A program made the translations under genes and the position numbers. Of a stretch of 64,000 bases of DNA, positions 24,425 through 35,235 are shown piece by piece. The number at the start of each line of letters is the position of its first letter. The first letter of the stretch is position 1. The notes under the pieces were generated by a model that was given only the letters and a program-made list of their open reading frames with translations, had not been told where the DNA came from and searched no databases. The DNA comes from Acidobacteriota bacterium (GTDB lineage Bacteria; Acidobacteriota; Polarisedimenticolia; J045): positions 480 through 64,479 of the forward strand of contig JALOKP010000013.1 of NCBI GenBank assembly GCA_025456425.1, read 5' to 3'.

Positions 24425-26397
24425 TTCTTCTCGTCGCGTGGCGGCTGCGGGCGCGCGGCCGGCTTGCCTTCGATCAGGGCCCGTCCCGACTCGCTCTCGG
24501 TCTGGAACCTCCCGTCGGCCAGATAGTAACGCACGCGTTCGCTCCGGGTGAGCGCGCCCTCGGGTGATTTCAACGTCACGAGTTCCTTTTCCCCGATGAG
24601 CAGGATCGTACCCTTCTCACCCCCCTCCCAGACCAGCCGGTCGGCGGTCGCGGTCCCCTTGTCCGACGAGAGGACGACGCTCCCCTCCCCATCCAGCTCC
24701 TCGATGCCGCCCCCCGCCACCCCGCGCATTCGCAGCTCGCTCGCCTCGACGGTCATGCCCCCTTCGACGAAGCGGGCCCCGCCGGTGACGTGGGCGGTGC
24801 GCTCGCGAGACAGGTACACGAGCCGCTCACCCGAGAGCCGCATCGTGCGGCGCGCCTGCCCGGGCCGCTCGTTCTCGATCCGCAGCACGAACTCGCCGTC
24901 GGCAACCAGGCGGCCGTCGGCGCGCTGCAGCGAGAGGCGCGCGGCGCGGAGGATCGTCCCGCCCTGCCAGGCCTGGACCGGTCCGGCGAACTCGATCGGC
25001 TGCTTCTCGTCGCGCGGCACGGTGGCGCGCGTGCCCTTGACGTGGACCGGCTCCTTTCCGCTGAAGAGCGAGTCGGACGAGCCGGCGACGGAGGCGATTT
25101 CCGCCACGACCTCGCGCTCGGCGATCAGCGTTGCCTGGTCGCGCAGCAGGCGCAGCAGCGGCGCCTCCATCACGTCGCCGCGCTGGCGAGTGCGCGCCGG
25201 GCTTCCTTCGAGGCGCAGCACGTTGGCGTCGTTCGCCTCCCAGCTGACCGAATCCCCCTCCGCCACCATCTCGTCCGGGCCGCGTGCGACGACGCCGCCG
25301 TGCCCGAAAAGCCGCTCGGGCCGGTCGCCGCTGCCGCCCGCGATCTCGATCGTCCCGCCCGTCACCGTCCACGCCGCCGGCTGCCGCGGCACCGTGAACT
25401 CGGCGTCGAACGGCGCGCCGCCGACGGCGGTCCAACCGGTGCCCCGCGGCTTCATCGACCAGCGCGGGGCGTGGACGACCCCGCGTTCCTCACCGCCGGG
25501 CGCTGCCCGCCGCATCACGAAGGAGGTCGGCCCGAAGGCCTCGATCCCAGCCAGGCGCGCCCCGTCGCCGGCGGTCGCGACCGCCTCGAGCCGCCACGCC
25601 GCCAACTGCCAGGTCCCGCCCTGGCCCGGCCCGGTGACCAGTACCGGCGCCTGCCCGGTGAAGGAGGCCGGCCGGGTGTCGTCCGCGAGCCGGAGCAGGC
25701 CCGGGCCGGAGAAGACGGTCTGGCCCGGCATCCGAGCGACGAACGGGGTCGTGATCTCGATCTCGCGGGCGTCGAGGCGGTAGATCCCGCCGGCCGCGTC
25801 GATCTGCCACGGCGCACCGCGCTGCAGGTCGACCTCGAGCCGCCCCGCGGCCTCGATCTCCCGCCGGTCGGGCGAGTAACGGACGCGCTCGGCGCGGCCC
25901 GAGATCCCCTGCCCCTCCAGCCGGACGCCGCTGTCGGAACTCACCAGCCGCGTGACGGTGTCGTAGGCCAGGCTCTCCGTGCGCAGCGTGACGCCGTCGG
26001 GGTCCTGGACCACCACCTCGCCCGACAGCCCGATCTCCGCCTCGCGCTTGCCACCCCCGTCGCGCTCCTGGAGCCGGCCCGCCCGGGCCTTCACCGTCAC
26101 CTCCCGTCCGTCCTCGAGGTGCAGCGTCAGCGGCGAAACCTGCTGCAGGAAGTGCGCCCCGCCCTCGGTCCCGACCAGGCTCTCGGCGAACAGCTTGAAG
26201 AGCGTGCGCTGGCCGTCGGAGGAGGCCCACGAGAAGCCCCCCTCCAGCCGTGTGACCTCGTCGGGCCGCTCGGGCGGCTGGCTGTTGATCGAGGCCGAGG
26301 CGGGCGGGCGCGGGCGCAGGCTCTCGGCGACCACGGCCGCCAGCAGCGCGGCCAGGACCAGCAGCGAGAAGACCGTCGACTTGCGCAGCCGCGCCAT
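24421..26397 (-). CDS. Membrane-anchored LptC/LptA (OstA-like) multi-domain periplasmic protein
   Basis: N-terminal anchor [18 protein letters not shown] followed by ~630 aa of repetitive beta-strand sequence. It occupies the lptC-lptA slot upstream of lptB (4-nt overlap). The family call rests on context and composition, not on a strict motif. Confidence 0.6.
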   Translation of the reverse strand: MARLRKSTVFSLLVLAALLAAVVAESLRPRPPASASINSQPPERPDEVTRLEGGFSWASSDGQRTLFKLFAESLVGTEGGAHFLQQVSPLTLHLEDGREVTVKARAGRLQERDGGGKREAEIGLSGEVVVQDPDGVTLRTESLAYDTVTRLVSSDSGVRLEGQGISGRAERVRYSPDRREIEAAGRLEVDLQRGAPWQIDAAGGIYRLDAREIEITTPFVARMPGQTVFSGPGLLRLADDTRPASFTGQAPVLVTGPGQGGTWQLAAWRLEAVATAGDGARLAGIEAFGPTSFVMRRAAPGGEERGVVHAPRWSMKPRGTGWTAVGGAPFDAEFTVPRQPAAWTVTGGTIEIAGGSGDRPERLFGHGGVVARGPDEMVAEGDSVSWEANDANVLRLEGSPARTRQRGDVMEAPLLRLLRDQATLIAEREVVAEIASVAGSSDSLFSGKEPVHVKGTRATVPRDEKQPIEFAGPVQAWQGGTILRAARLSLQRADGRLVADGEFVLRIENERPGQARRTMRLSGERLVYLSRERTAHVTGGARFVEGGMTVEASELRMRGVAGGGIEELDGEGSVVLSSDKGTATADRLVWEGGEKGTILLIGEKELVTLKSPEGALTRSERVRYYLADGRFQTESESGRALIEGKPAARPQPPRDEKK

Positions 26398-26412
26398 CCC
26401 GGCCGCCGCGGC

Positions 26413-27198
26413 TCAGCGCCCGCGGAAGGCGGGCTTCCGCTTCTCGAGGAAGGCCGCGGTCCCCTCGCGCATGTCCTCGGTGCCGAACACGATCCCGAAG
26501 AGCGCCGCCTCGTGGGCCAGCGCCTCGCCCAGCGGCATCGAGAGGCCGTCGCGCACCGCGGCCAGCGCCAGCCGGACCGCAACCGGCCCCTGGGCCGCGA
26601 TCTCGCGGGCGAGCAGCGTCGCCTCCTCGGCCGCGTCGCGCTCGCGCGCGACCCGGTTGACGAGGCCCCAGGCCAGCGCCGTCTCGGCGTCCACGGGCTT
26701 GCCGACGAGGATCAACTCGAGTGCGCGGCCCGCCCCGACCAGCCGGGCCAACCTCTGGGTCCCGCCGAAGCCCGGGATCAGCCCCAGCCCGACCTCCGGC
26801 TGGCCGAACCGCGCGGTCGGTGCGGCGACCCGCAGGTGGCACATGAGCGCCAGCTCGCACCCGCCGCCGAGGGCCCAGCCGTTGACCGCGGCGATCACCG
26901 GCTTGCCGGCGGCGTCGATCGCGTCGGCCACGGCCTGCCCGGCGAGGGCGAAGGCGCGGGCGGCCTCCGGCGCCAGCGCCGCCATCTCGGCGATGTCGGC
27001 CCCGGCGACGAAGGCCTTCGCCCCCGCGCCGGTCAGGACGATCGCGCGGACTTCCGGGTCGGCGCCGGCCTCGGCGAAGCGGGCCCGCAGCGCGGCGAGC
27101 ACCTCGGCGTTGAGGGCGTTGAGCTTGTCGGGCCGGTTGACGGTCAGCCGGGCCACCCCATCGGAGGTTTCCCGGAGGACGAGCGTGCCATCGGACAT
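26413..27198 (-). CDS. Enoyl-CoA hydratase/isomerase (crotonase family)
   Basis: LNRPDKLNALN, VLTGAGAKAFVAGADI, NGWALGGGCELALMCH and EGTAAFLEKRKP are classic crotonase motifs. Confidence 0.87.
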   Translation of the reverse strand: MSDGTLVLRETSDGVARLTVNRPDKLNALNAEVLAALRARFAEAGADPEVRAIVLTGAGAKAFVAGADIAEMAALAPEAARAFALAGQAVADAIDAAGKPVIAAVNGWALGGGCELALMCHLRVAAPTARFGQPEVGLGLIPGFGGTQRLARLVGAGRALELILVGKPVDAETALAWGLVNRVARERDAAEEATLLAREIAAQGPVAVRLALAAVRDGLSMPLGEALAHEAALFGIVFGTEDMREGTAAFLEKRKPAFRGR

Positions 27199-27280
27199 CG
27201 CGGATTCTCCTCGGCGCGAGGTTATCGAAGGCCGGGACGGGCAGCCACCCCTGCCGCGCGGGACCGTCGGGGCGGCCGCC

Positions 27281-28033
27281 TCAGAGGCGGAACATCGCGG
27301 AGCCGTAGTGCTTGCGGAAGTCGGCGCCGTCGAAGCGGACGGTCCAGCACATCTCGGCCAGGCGCGAGGAGAGCCGTTCCCCGATCCGGTCGGCGAGCGA
27401 CTCCTCGGGGCGCGGCGGGGCGTCCAGCCGGTTGGTCGTGACGATCGTCAGTCGCTTGTTGTTGTAGCGCTCATTGAGGATCAGACCGAGCGTCTCGAGG
27501 ACCCAGGGGGTGGTGCGGGTCGCGCCGAGGTCGTCCAGCACCAGGACCTCGGCCTCGAGCGCGGGCTGCAGGACGGCCCAGCTCGGGGTCTCCGAGCGGC
27601 GGTCGTAGGTGTCCTGGATCCGGCGCAGCAGGAAAGAGAACTCGCTGAACAGCCCCCAGGCCCCCTTGTGGTCGACCAGCTCGCGCAGTACCGCGACCGC
27701 CAGGTGCGTCTTCCCCAGCCCGCAGGGGCCGGTCAGCAGCAGGCCGTGGTCGGCATAGGGGTAGAGGTCGACGACCTTGCGCGCCATCTCGAGCGCGCGC
27801 TGCAGCGAGGCGTTGTTGAGGTGCTGGAAGCTGTCGAGCGTGCAGTGCGCGTAGCGCTCGGGGACCTGGGCCGAGCTGCGGCGAAGCTCGCCGCGGCGCG
27901 CCGCGCGGCAATCGCAGGGGCGCGCCCCGGAGAGCCCCTCGCGGCTCTCGAGCACGAACCCCGTGCCGGCGCAGCGGGGGCAGGCCGTCTCGAGCCCCGG
28001 GGGCCGGCCCTCCGCGCTCCCCTGCGCGGCCAT
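27281..28033 (-). CDS. DnaC/IstB-like AAA+ ATPase with N-terminal zinc-ribbon
   Basis: CPRCAGTGFV...CDC, Walker A GPCGLGKTHLA, Walker B VLVLDDLG, sensor TTN. The ATG shares one base with the sigma-factor stop (TGATG). Confidence 0.7.
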   Translation of the reverse strand: MAAQGSAEGRPPGLETACPRCAGTGFVLESREGLSGARPCDCRAARRGELRRSSAQVPERYAHCTLDSFQHLNNASLQRALEMARKVVDLYPYADHGLLLTGPCGLGKTHLAVAVLRELVDHKGAWGLFSEFSFLLRRIQDTYDRRSETPSWAVLQPALEAEVLVLDDLGATRTTPWVLETLGLILNERYNNKRLTIVTTNRLDAPPRPEESLADRIGERLSSRLAEMCWTVRFDGADFRKHYGSAMFRL

Positions 28034-28911
28034 CAGTTCAGGTAGCTCCGGAGCTGCTGGCACTTCGAGGAGCGGTGCAGCTTGCGCAGCGCCTGGGCCT
28101 CGATCTGCCGGATCCGCTCGCGCGAGAGGTTCATCACCTCGCCGATCTCCTTGAGCGTCTTCGGCTCCTCGCCGGTCAGGCCGTAGCGCAGCAGGATCAC
28201 CCGGCGCTCCTTGTCGTCCAGATCGGCCAGCGCGGCCCGCATGTGGGTCTTGAGCGCGCCGCGCAGCATCACCGCGTCGGCCGACGGGATGACCTCCTGC
28301 TCCAGCTTGTCCGAGAGGTGGAACTCGTGCTCCTCGTCGATCACCTCGGAGAGCGAGATGTTCTCGTCCGAGACCTGGAGCAGCGTCGTCACGTCCTCGG
28401 GATCGACCTCCATCGCCTCGGCGATCTCCTCGACCGAGGGGCGACGCTGCAGCTCGGACATCAGCGCGGACTGGGTCTTGCCGATCCGGTAGAGCAGGTT
28501 CGCCTGCTTCTGTGGCAGGCGGAACGGCCCGCTCTGGTCCGACAGGGCGTGGATGATCGACTGGCGGATCCACCACACGGCATAGGTGATGAACTTGACG
28601 TTCTTGGTCGGGTCGAAGCGCTTGGCGGCCTCGATCAGGCCGACGTTCCCCTCGTTGATCAGATCGAGGAACGACAGACCGCAGCCGCGGTAGCGCTTGG
28701 CGAACGAGACGACGAAGCGCAGGTTGGCCTCGACCAGCTTCTGCATCGCCGCGCGGTCGCCCTTCTGGATCTTGCGACCGAGATCGCGCTCCTCCTCCAC
28801 GGTGATCCGCGGAAGCCGGGCGATCTCCTTGAGGTACTTGCGCAGCGACTCGGGGGACGACGGCCCCCGACCCTGCTGTTCCGACCGCCCCTCGCCGAAC
28901 TCCGCCGGCAT
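28033..28911 (-). CDS. Sigma-70 family RNA polymerase sigma factor (RpoD/RpoS-like regions 1.2-4)
   Basis: YLKEIARLPRITVEEE, NLRFVVSFAKRYRGCGLSFLDLINEGNVGLIEAAKRFDP, FITYAVWWIRQSI, TLKEIGEVMNLSRERIRQIEAQALRKL. Start inferred at MPAEFG (28911). Confidence 0.9.
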   Translation of the reverse strand: MPAEFGEGRSEQQGRGPSSPESLRKYLKEIARLPRITVEEERDLGRKIQKGDRAAMQKLVEANLRFVVSFAKRYRGCGLSFLDLINEGNVGLIEAAKRFDPTKNVKFITYAVWWIRQSIIHALSDQSGPFRLPQKQANLLYRIGKTQSALMSELQRRPSVEEIAEAMEVDPEDVTTLLQVSDENISLSEVIDEEHEFHLSDKLEQEVIPSADAVMLRGALKTHMRAALADLDDKERRVILLRYGLTGEEPKTLKEIGEVMNLSRERIRQIEAQALRKLHRSSKCQQLRSYLN

Positions 28912-29013
28912 CCGACCCTCCGCGGCTCGCTCCCCGCCCCCGCAGCCGGACTCATCGGCCGGCGGGGACGCGACATGATAGGGGCAGCCCCGGGTGCCGC
29001 CCACCCCGCCGGT

Positions 29014-29475
29014 TCAGTTGTCGCGTCCCGGGGGTCTCGCCACCGGGACCGCGCGGGTGCGGGCCTCCGGCCGCTTGGGGAGCACCACACGCAGCACGCC
29101 CCCTTCCAACTGGGCCGAGACCCGGTCGAGATCGAGCCCCAGCGGCAACTCGAACTTCCGCACGAACTTGCCCCGCGGGCGCTCGAGGCGGTGGAAGGCC
29201 CACTCGTCCTGGTCCTCGGGCCGCGCGCGCTCTCCCTGAACCGTCAGCAGCTGTTCGTCGACGCGGATTTCGATCCGGTCGCGCTCGAGTCCGGCCAGCT
29301 CGCACTCAACGACCAGCGCGTCCGGGGTCTCGACGACCTCGGACACCGGGCGCCAGAAGTGGACCCCTTCGCCGTCCTGCCCCGTCGGGACCGGCCCGGT
29401 CAGGACCGTCTCGAAGAGCTTGTTCATCCGGTCCTGGATCGTCAGCAGGTCGCGGAACGGGTCCCAGCTCTTCAT
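29014..29475 (-). CDS. Hsp20/alpha-crystallin small heat-shock protein
   Basis: WRPVSEVVETPDALVVECELAGLERDRIEIRVDEQLLTVQGER...FHRLERPRGKFVRKFELP...GVLRVVLPK. Confidence 0.9.
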   Translation of the reverse strand: MKSWDPFRDLLTIQDRMNKLFETVLTGPVPTGQDGEGVHFWRPVSEVVETPDALVVECELAGLERDRIEIRVDEQLLTVQGERARPEDQDEWAFHRLERPRGKFVRKFELPLGLDLDRVSAQLEGGVLRVVLPKRPEARTRAVPVARPPGRDN

Positions 29476-29489
29476 CGGCGCTCCCTCGC

Positions 29490-29528
29490 TCCCGCAGAAA
29501 GAAGACGGCGGCGCCGGGAGGCGCCGCC
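29490..29528 (-). terminator. Intrinsic-terminator-like hairpin after dnaK, inside the hsp20 leader
   Basis: Perfect 9-bp stem GGCGGCGCC/GGCGCCGCC (29507-29528) with a 4-nt loop. On the minus strand it is followed by GUCUUCUUUCUG. Confidence 0.5.
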
Positions 29529-29571
29529 TCGTCGCACGCGGTCGCGTGCCCCGCCGCCCCCGGCGCGCGGA

Positions 29572-31488
<1,917 letters not shown>

Positions 31489-31581
31489 CCGGCTCTCCTC
31501 GAGGGGCCTGCCGGGAGACGGCGCGATGCGCCGGACCGGCCTCCGGCCCGCCGGGTCCTGCCCCCTCCCGGCTGCGGCGGG

Positions 31582-31610
31582 TTTGTAAGACCGGGGAGGA
31601 GGGCTGTCAA
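31582..31610 (-). promoter_or_regulatory. Candidate sigma70-type promoter for dnaK
   Basis: On the minus strand: TTGACA (31610-31605), a 17-nt spacer, then TACAAA (31587-31582), ~90 nt upstream of the dnaK ATG. Confidence 0.45.
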
Positions 31611-31641
31611 TGCGGGCCGCAGGATCCGGCGGCCCTCGGGG

Positions 31642-32952
31642 TCAGGGTGCGGCGGCGGCCGACTTCTCGAGGGACGTCAGGGCCCGCTCGATCGACTGCG
31701 GGGGCAGGCCGCCGGTCGGGCCGGCCTCGGCGATCCGGTAGCGATCGGGCAGGACCTCGTAGCGGTAGGGGCGGCCCCACGGGTCGCGGGCCAGGGAGCG
31801 CGGCAGGAACCCGCGCTCGACCACCTCGTCCAGCGTCTCCGGCCAATCGGCGGTGTCGAGGTAGTACACGTGGAGTCCGCGTTCGACCCGGACCATGCGG
31901 GCCGAGCTGGTCGCGCGGCGGACGTCCTCGAGCCCCGCGGTGCGGCTGAGCCAGGCCGAGGAGGCTGCCGTCGCCGGGAGCGGCAGCGCGGGTGCCCCCG
32001 GGAAGAACGACCGGAGCAGCGTCTGCCCGGCGGCGAGCGCCCCCAGGAGCGCAAGGGCGCCGATCACGAAGCCGGCGACCCGCGCGGCGAGCGGGGAGCG
32101 CAGGAGCGCCGGGGCGGCGGAGGCGGGCACGGCCGCGCTGCTCGCCACCGGCTCAACCATCTTGGCCTCGACCAGGTGGGCGAGCGTCTTGAACGCCACG
32201 AAGCGCCCGAACCCCGCGAGTTCGGCGACCTCGCCGACGGTGCGCTGCCCGTCGATCCAGCGCAGCAAGGTCCGCTCACGCTCCCCCAGCCGCGGGCCCC
32301 CGTCTCCCTCGTGGAGCGGGTCGGCCGGGATGAAGCCGAAGTCCAGGTCCTGCTCGTAGACGGTCCCCTTCCCCTCCTTGGCCTCGCTCCCGGTCGCGAG
32401 AATCCCCGCCGCCCGCGCGGTCGGCTGCAGCACGACCTCGGCCGAGGGGATGACGCGCTCGATCAGCGGCCACTCGTCGACCATCTGCGCGCCCTGCATG
32501 AGCAGCGTCTCGCAGGCGATCGGGTCGACGAACTCGCGGTCCCACGGGCTCGTCACACCGGGCTGGAAGTCGTATTCGCCGTCCCGCCAGCGGAACAGCT
32601 CGTAGACCGTTTCGCTGACCTGCAGCGTCAGCAGCTGCCGGATCGTCTCGCGGTCGATCCAGCGCTTCTCGACCAGCAGGTGGCCCAGCCGCTGGAGCGT
32701 GGCCTCCTGCTCGCGCAGGGCGGCCTCGAGCCGCTGCTCGGTCAGCTTGCCGGAGCGCAGCAGGTACTGACCGATCCGCCCCTCCGGCGCCCGCAGCGAG
32801 GTCTCCGCGGAGACGACCCGGCCGTTCTCGAACCCGACCTTGACCTGCTCCTCGCCGCGCTGCAGGACGAGCAGCCCCGTCTTCCGCTGCAGCCCGATCA
32901 GCTGGAGGATGTCCGCCAGCGAGAAGTCGCCGAGCGTTCCGGAGAGGGCCAC
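31642..32952 (-). CDS. DUF4388 (PATAN-type) / tandem MshEN-like motif / TM / GspG-like periplasmic domain protein
   Basis: N-terminus LSGTLGDFSLADILQLIGLQRKTGLLVL (DUF4388). RIGQYLLRSGKLTEQRLEAALREQ-EATLQ-RLGHLLVEKRWIDRETIRQLLTLQ. TM segment VAGFVIGALALLGALAAG. C-terminus DPWGRPYRYEVLPDRYRIAEAGPTG. Confidence 0.8.
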   Translation of the reverse strand: MALSGTLGDFSLADILQLIGLQRKTGLLVLQRGEEQVKVGFENGRVVSAETSLRAPEGRIGQYLLRSGKLTEQRLEAALREQEATLQRLGHLLVEKRWIDRETIRQLLTLQVSETVYELFRWRDGEYDFQPGVTSPWDREFVDPIACETLLMQGAQMVDEWPLIERVIPSAEVVLQPTARAAGILATGSEAKEGKGTVYEQDLDFGFIPADPLHEGDGGPRLGERERTLLRWIDGQRTVGEVAELAGFGRFVAFKTLAHLVEAKMVEPVASSAAVPASAAPALLRSPLAARVAGFVIGALALLGALAAGQTLLRSFFPGAPALPLPATAASSAWLSRTAGLEDVRRATSSARMVRVERGLHVYYLDTADWPETLDEVVERGFLPRSLARDPWGRPYRYEVLPDRYRIAEAGPTGGLPPQSIERALTSLEKSAAAAP

Positions 32953-32953
32953 G

Positions 32954-34873
32954 CTACCTCCCCGCCGTGCGGCGCGGTCGCAGCCCGGGCAGCTGCACCA
33001 CCAGCCAGAAGAGCAGCGCGGCGATCGCCATCGGCAGGCCGGGCCGCCACAGGGGAGCGGCCGAGGTCATCGGCAGCAGGCGCTCGGGGAAGAGCGCCCC
33101 GAGCAGCAGGAAGGCCCAGGTCACGGCCAGCGCCAGCCCGCTCCAGACCCGCCCCTCGTAGACCCAGGAGAGGCCCGGCCAGACCGCATGCAGCGCCGTC
33201 AGCAGCCGGCTGCGCCGGGTCAGGTGGCGCTCGATCCGCTGGGCCTGCTCGCGTCGCGCGTCGGGATCGAGCCCCTCCCGCCGGCCGAGCAGCTGCCCGC
33301 AGCGGAAGCAGGTCCCGTCCTCGCCGATCCGCGCGGCGCAGCGCGGGCATGTCGGATGGCCGCAGCGGGGGCAGGCGATCGAGCGCGCGCCGCCGCTGCG
33401 GATCCGGAGCGCGACGGCCAGCAGCAGGGCGGCGATCGCGCCGAGAGTGATCGGGTTGCCGAGGCGCAGGGCGGTCCACTTCCCCGGGACCGCGCCGCCG
33501 GTCACGACCTGGCGCGCCACCTCGACCGCGCCGAATTCGGGGTCGGCCACCTCGGCCTGCGGCAGCTCGCGCTCGAGCCGGGCCACGGTGTGCTTGGAGA
33601 GCGCCCGGGCCTGGCGCATTGCGTCCTCTGCGCCCGGGAACTGGAAAGTCGCCAGCCGCACCCGCGCCAGGTTGAACCAGGCCAGCGGGTCCTCCGGGTC
33701 GAGTTCGGCGGCGGCGCGGTACTCGACCCCCGCCGTCTCGTAGCGCGCGGCGCGGTAGAAGACGTTGCCCAGCAGGACCCGGGTGCGCGCGTCGCGCGGG
33801 GCCGCGGCCGCGGCCTCGCGCAGCAGCTGGATCGCGCGGTCGGGGTAGTGCGGGGCCAGGTGCCGCGCCGCGAGCACCTTCCAGGTGGCCTGGCGCGGCT
33901 GCTTGCCGATCATCGTGGTCAGCTCGATGAGCAGGTCGGGCTGCAGCGAGCGCTCGGCGGAGGCGACCGCGACCCGGGCCGCCGGCGACGCCGCGACCCC
34001 CGCCAGGTTGCCGACGAGGTTCGCGGCCGGGACCGCGAGCGCGAGGACGGCGAGCCACGCCATGAGCGCGTAGCGGGCCGGGCGCTCGGCGACGACCGCC
34101 AGCGCGACCGCCCAGGCGATCAGCGCCCAGGGGCCGGGCGCGATCAGCGCGACCGGCGAGAGAACCACCGCCCAGGCCAGCACGCGGCGCCAGGCCGGGA
34201 GCCACGAGCGCGGCAGCCGCTCGTCGACCTCGTGCGCCAGCTCCCCGCCGTGCCGGATCAGCAGCACGACGACGAGCCCGGCCCCGGTCGCGAGCAGGGC
34301 AAGGAAGCCCCAGCTGCCGGCCTGGAGCAGACCGCGGTAGACGGTCCAGAAGTTGCCCGAGCCGGTGCGCAGCGCGATCCAGGCGCCCGACAGCAGGGTC
34401 CCGAACCCGCCGTCGATCTTCCAGCGCGTCTTCGCCACGCCCCAGGCCGCCGCGGGGTGCTGGGGGTCGAGTCGCGTCGCCAGCGCGAAGGTCTCGCGCG
34501 CCGCGGCGAGGTCGTTGACGTGTCGTTCCCGCCGGGCCTCGAGCACGGCGGCATCGGCCAGCGGCTCGATCCGGCCGATCCCCTCCTCGCGCAGGAAGTC
34601 GAGCAGCTCCTGCGACGCCTGCGCGACCTCCGACGGGTTCCCCTGCGCGACCAGACCGCGGCGCCGCAACCAGCGAGCTTCGAGTCGATTGGTCAGCGCC
34701 GTGGCGAAGGCGGCGTCCTGCTCCGGTGTCGCCGAGCCGGCCTGGGCGGGCGCGGGCCGGGGAAGCGGCGCGGCCTGGTCCTGAGCCCGGGAGATCCCCC
34801 CGGTCCAGAACGCGAACAGCGCCGCCGCGGACGCGGCGAGCGCCAGACCCCGCGCCCGCGGCGCGCGGCTCAC
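32954..34873 (-). CDS. TPR-repeat polytopic membrane protein with internal zinc-ribbon
   Basis: N-terminal signal/TM, TPR-like helices, about six TM segments, and CPRCGHPTCPRCAARIGEDGTCFRCG. ATGA overlap with the upstream DUF1844 gene. Confidence 0.65.
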   Translation of the reverse strand: MSRAPRARGLALAASAAALFAFWTGGISRAQDQAAPLPRPAPAQAGSATPEQDAAFATALTNRLEARWLRRRGLVAQGNPSEVAQASQELLDFLREEGIGRIEPLADAAVLEARRERHVNDLAAARETFALATRLDPQHPAAAWGVAKTRWKIDGGFGTLLSGAWIALRTGSGNFWTVYRGLLQAGSWGFLALLATGAGLVVVLLIRHGGELAHEVDERLPRSWLPAWRRVLAWAVVLSPVALIAPGPWALIAWAVALAVVAERPARYALMAWLAVLALAVPAANLVGNLAGVAASPAARVAVASAERSLQPDLLIELTTMIGKQPRQATWKVLAARHLAPHYPDRAIQLLREAAAAAPRDARTRVLLGNVFYRAARYETAGVEYRAAAELDPEDPLAWFNLARVRLATFQFPGAEDAMRQARALSKHTVARLERELPQAEVADPEFGAVEVARQVVTGGAVPGKWTALRLGNPITLGAIAALLLAVALRIRSGGARSIACPRCGHPTCPRCAARIGEDGTCFRCGQLLGRREGLDPDARREQAQRIERHLTRRSRLLTALHAVWPGLSWVYEGRVWSGLALAVTWAFLLLGALFPERLLPMTSAAPLWRPGLPMAIAALLFWLVVQLPGLRPRRTAGR

Positions 34874-35235
34874 GCGCGACTCCGGGCCTCGACGTACTGC
34901 ATCTTCAGGTCGATCAGCGCCTGGTCGATCAGGCGCCGCTCCTCGTCGGTCAGGTTCCCCGCCGTCTTCTCGCGCAGCAGCTCGAGCGCCGCGATCGCCA
35001 GCCGCGCCGCAGGAAGGTCGACGTGCGGTCGGTCGTGCTCCGGGTGCGGCAGCACCCCGAGCGCGGCCAGGCCCATCAGAAAGAAGGGCTTGACGACGGT
35101 CTCGAGGCTGAGCGGAAGCTCAGTCTCGGCTCCCGCGGTCGCGGGCTCGCGGTGCAGCACGCCTCCACCCGGGAGCGGCACGTCGTCCCCCCCGCCGGCT
35201 CCGGGGGTCTTCCCGTCGTCGTCGGCACCGGTCAT
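34870..35235 (-). CDS. DUF1844-family small protein
   Basis: ...FFLMGLAALGVLPHP...DLPAARLAIAALELLREKTAGNLTDEERRLIDQALIDLKMQYVE matches the remembered DUF1844 pattern. Start at MTGADDDG is inferred. Confidence 0.6.
   Translation of the reverse strand: MTGADDDGKTPGAGGGDDVPLPGGGVLHREPATAGAETELPLSLETVVKPFFLMGLAALGVLPHPEHDRPHVDLPAARLAIAALELLREKTAGNLTDEERRLIDQALIDLKMQYVEARSRA

Noticed and set aside
24790-27441. 883-aa plus-strand ORF (and 25979..28045, 688 aa)
   Set aside because: Both are antisense to the lptC/A-like, enoyl-CoA hydratase and dnaC-like genes, and both are low-complexity.
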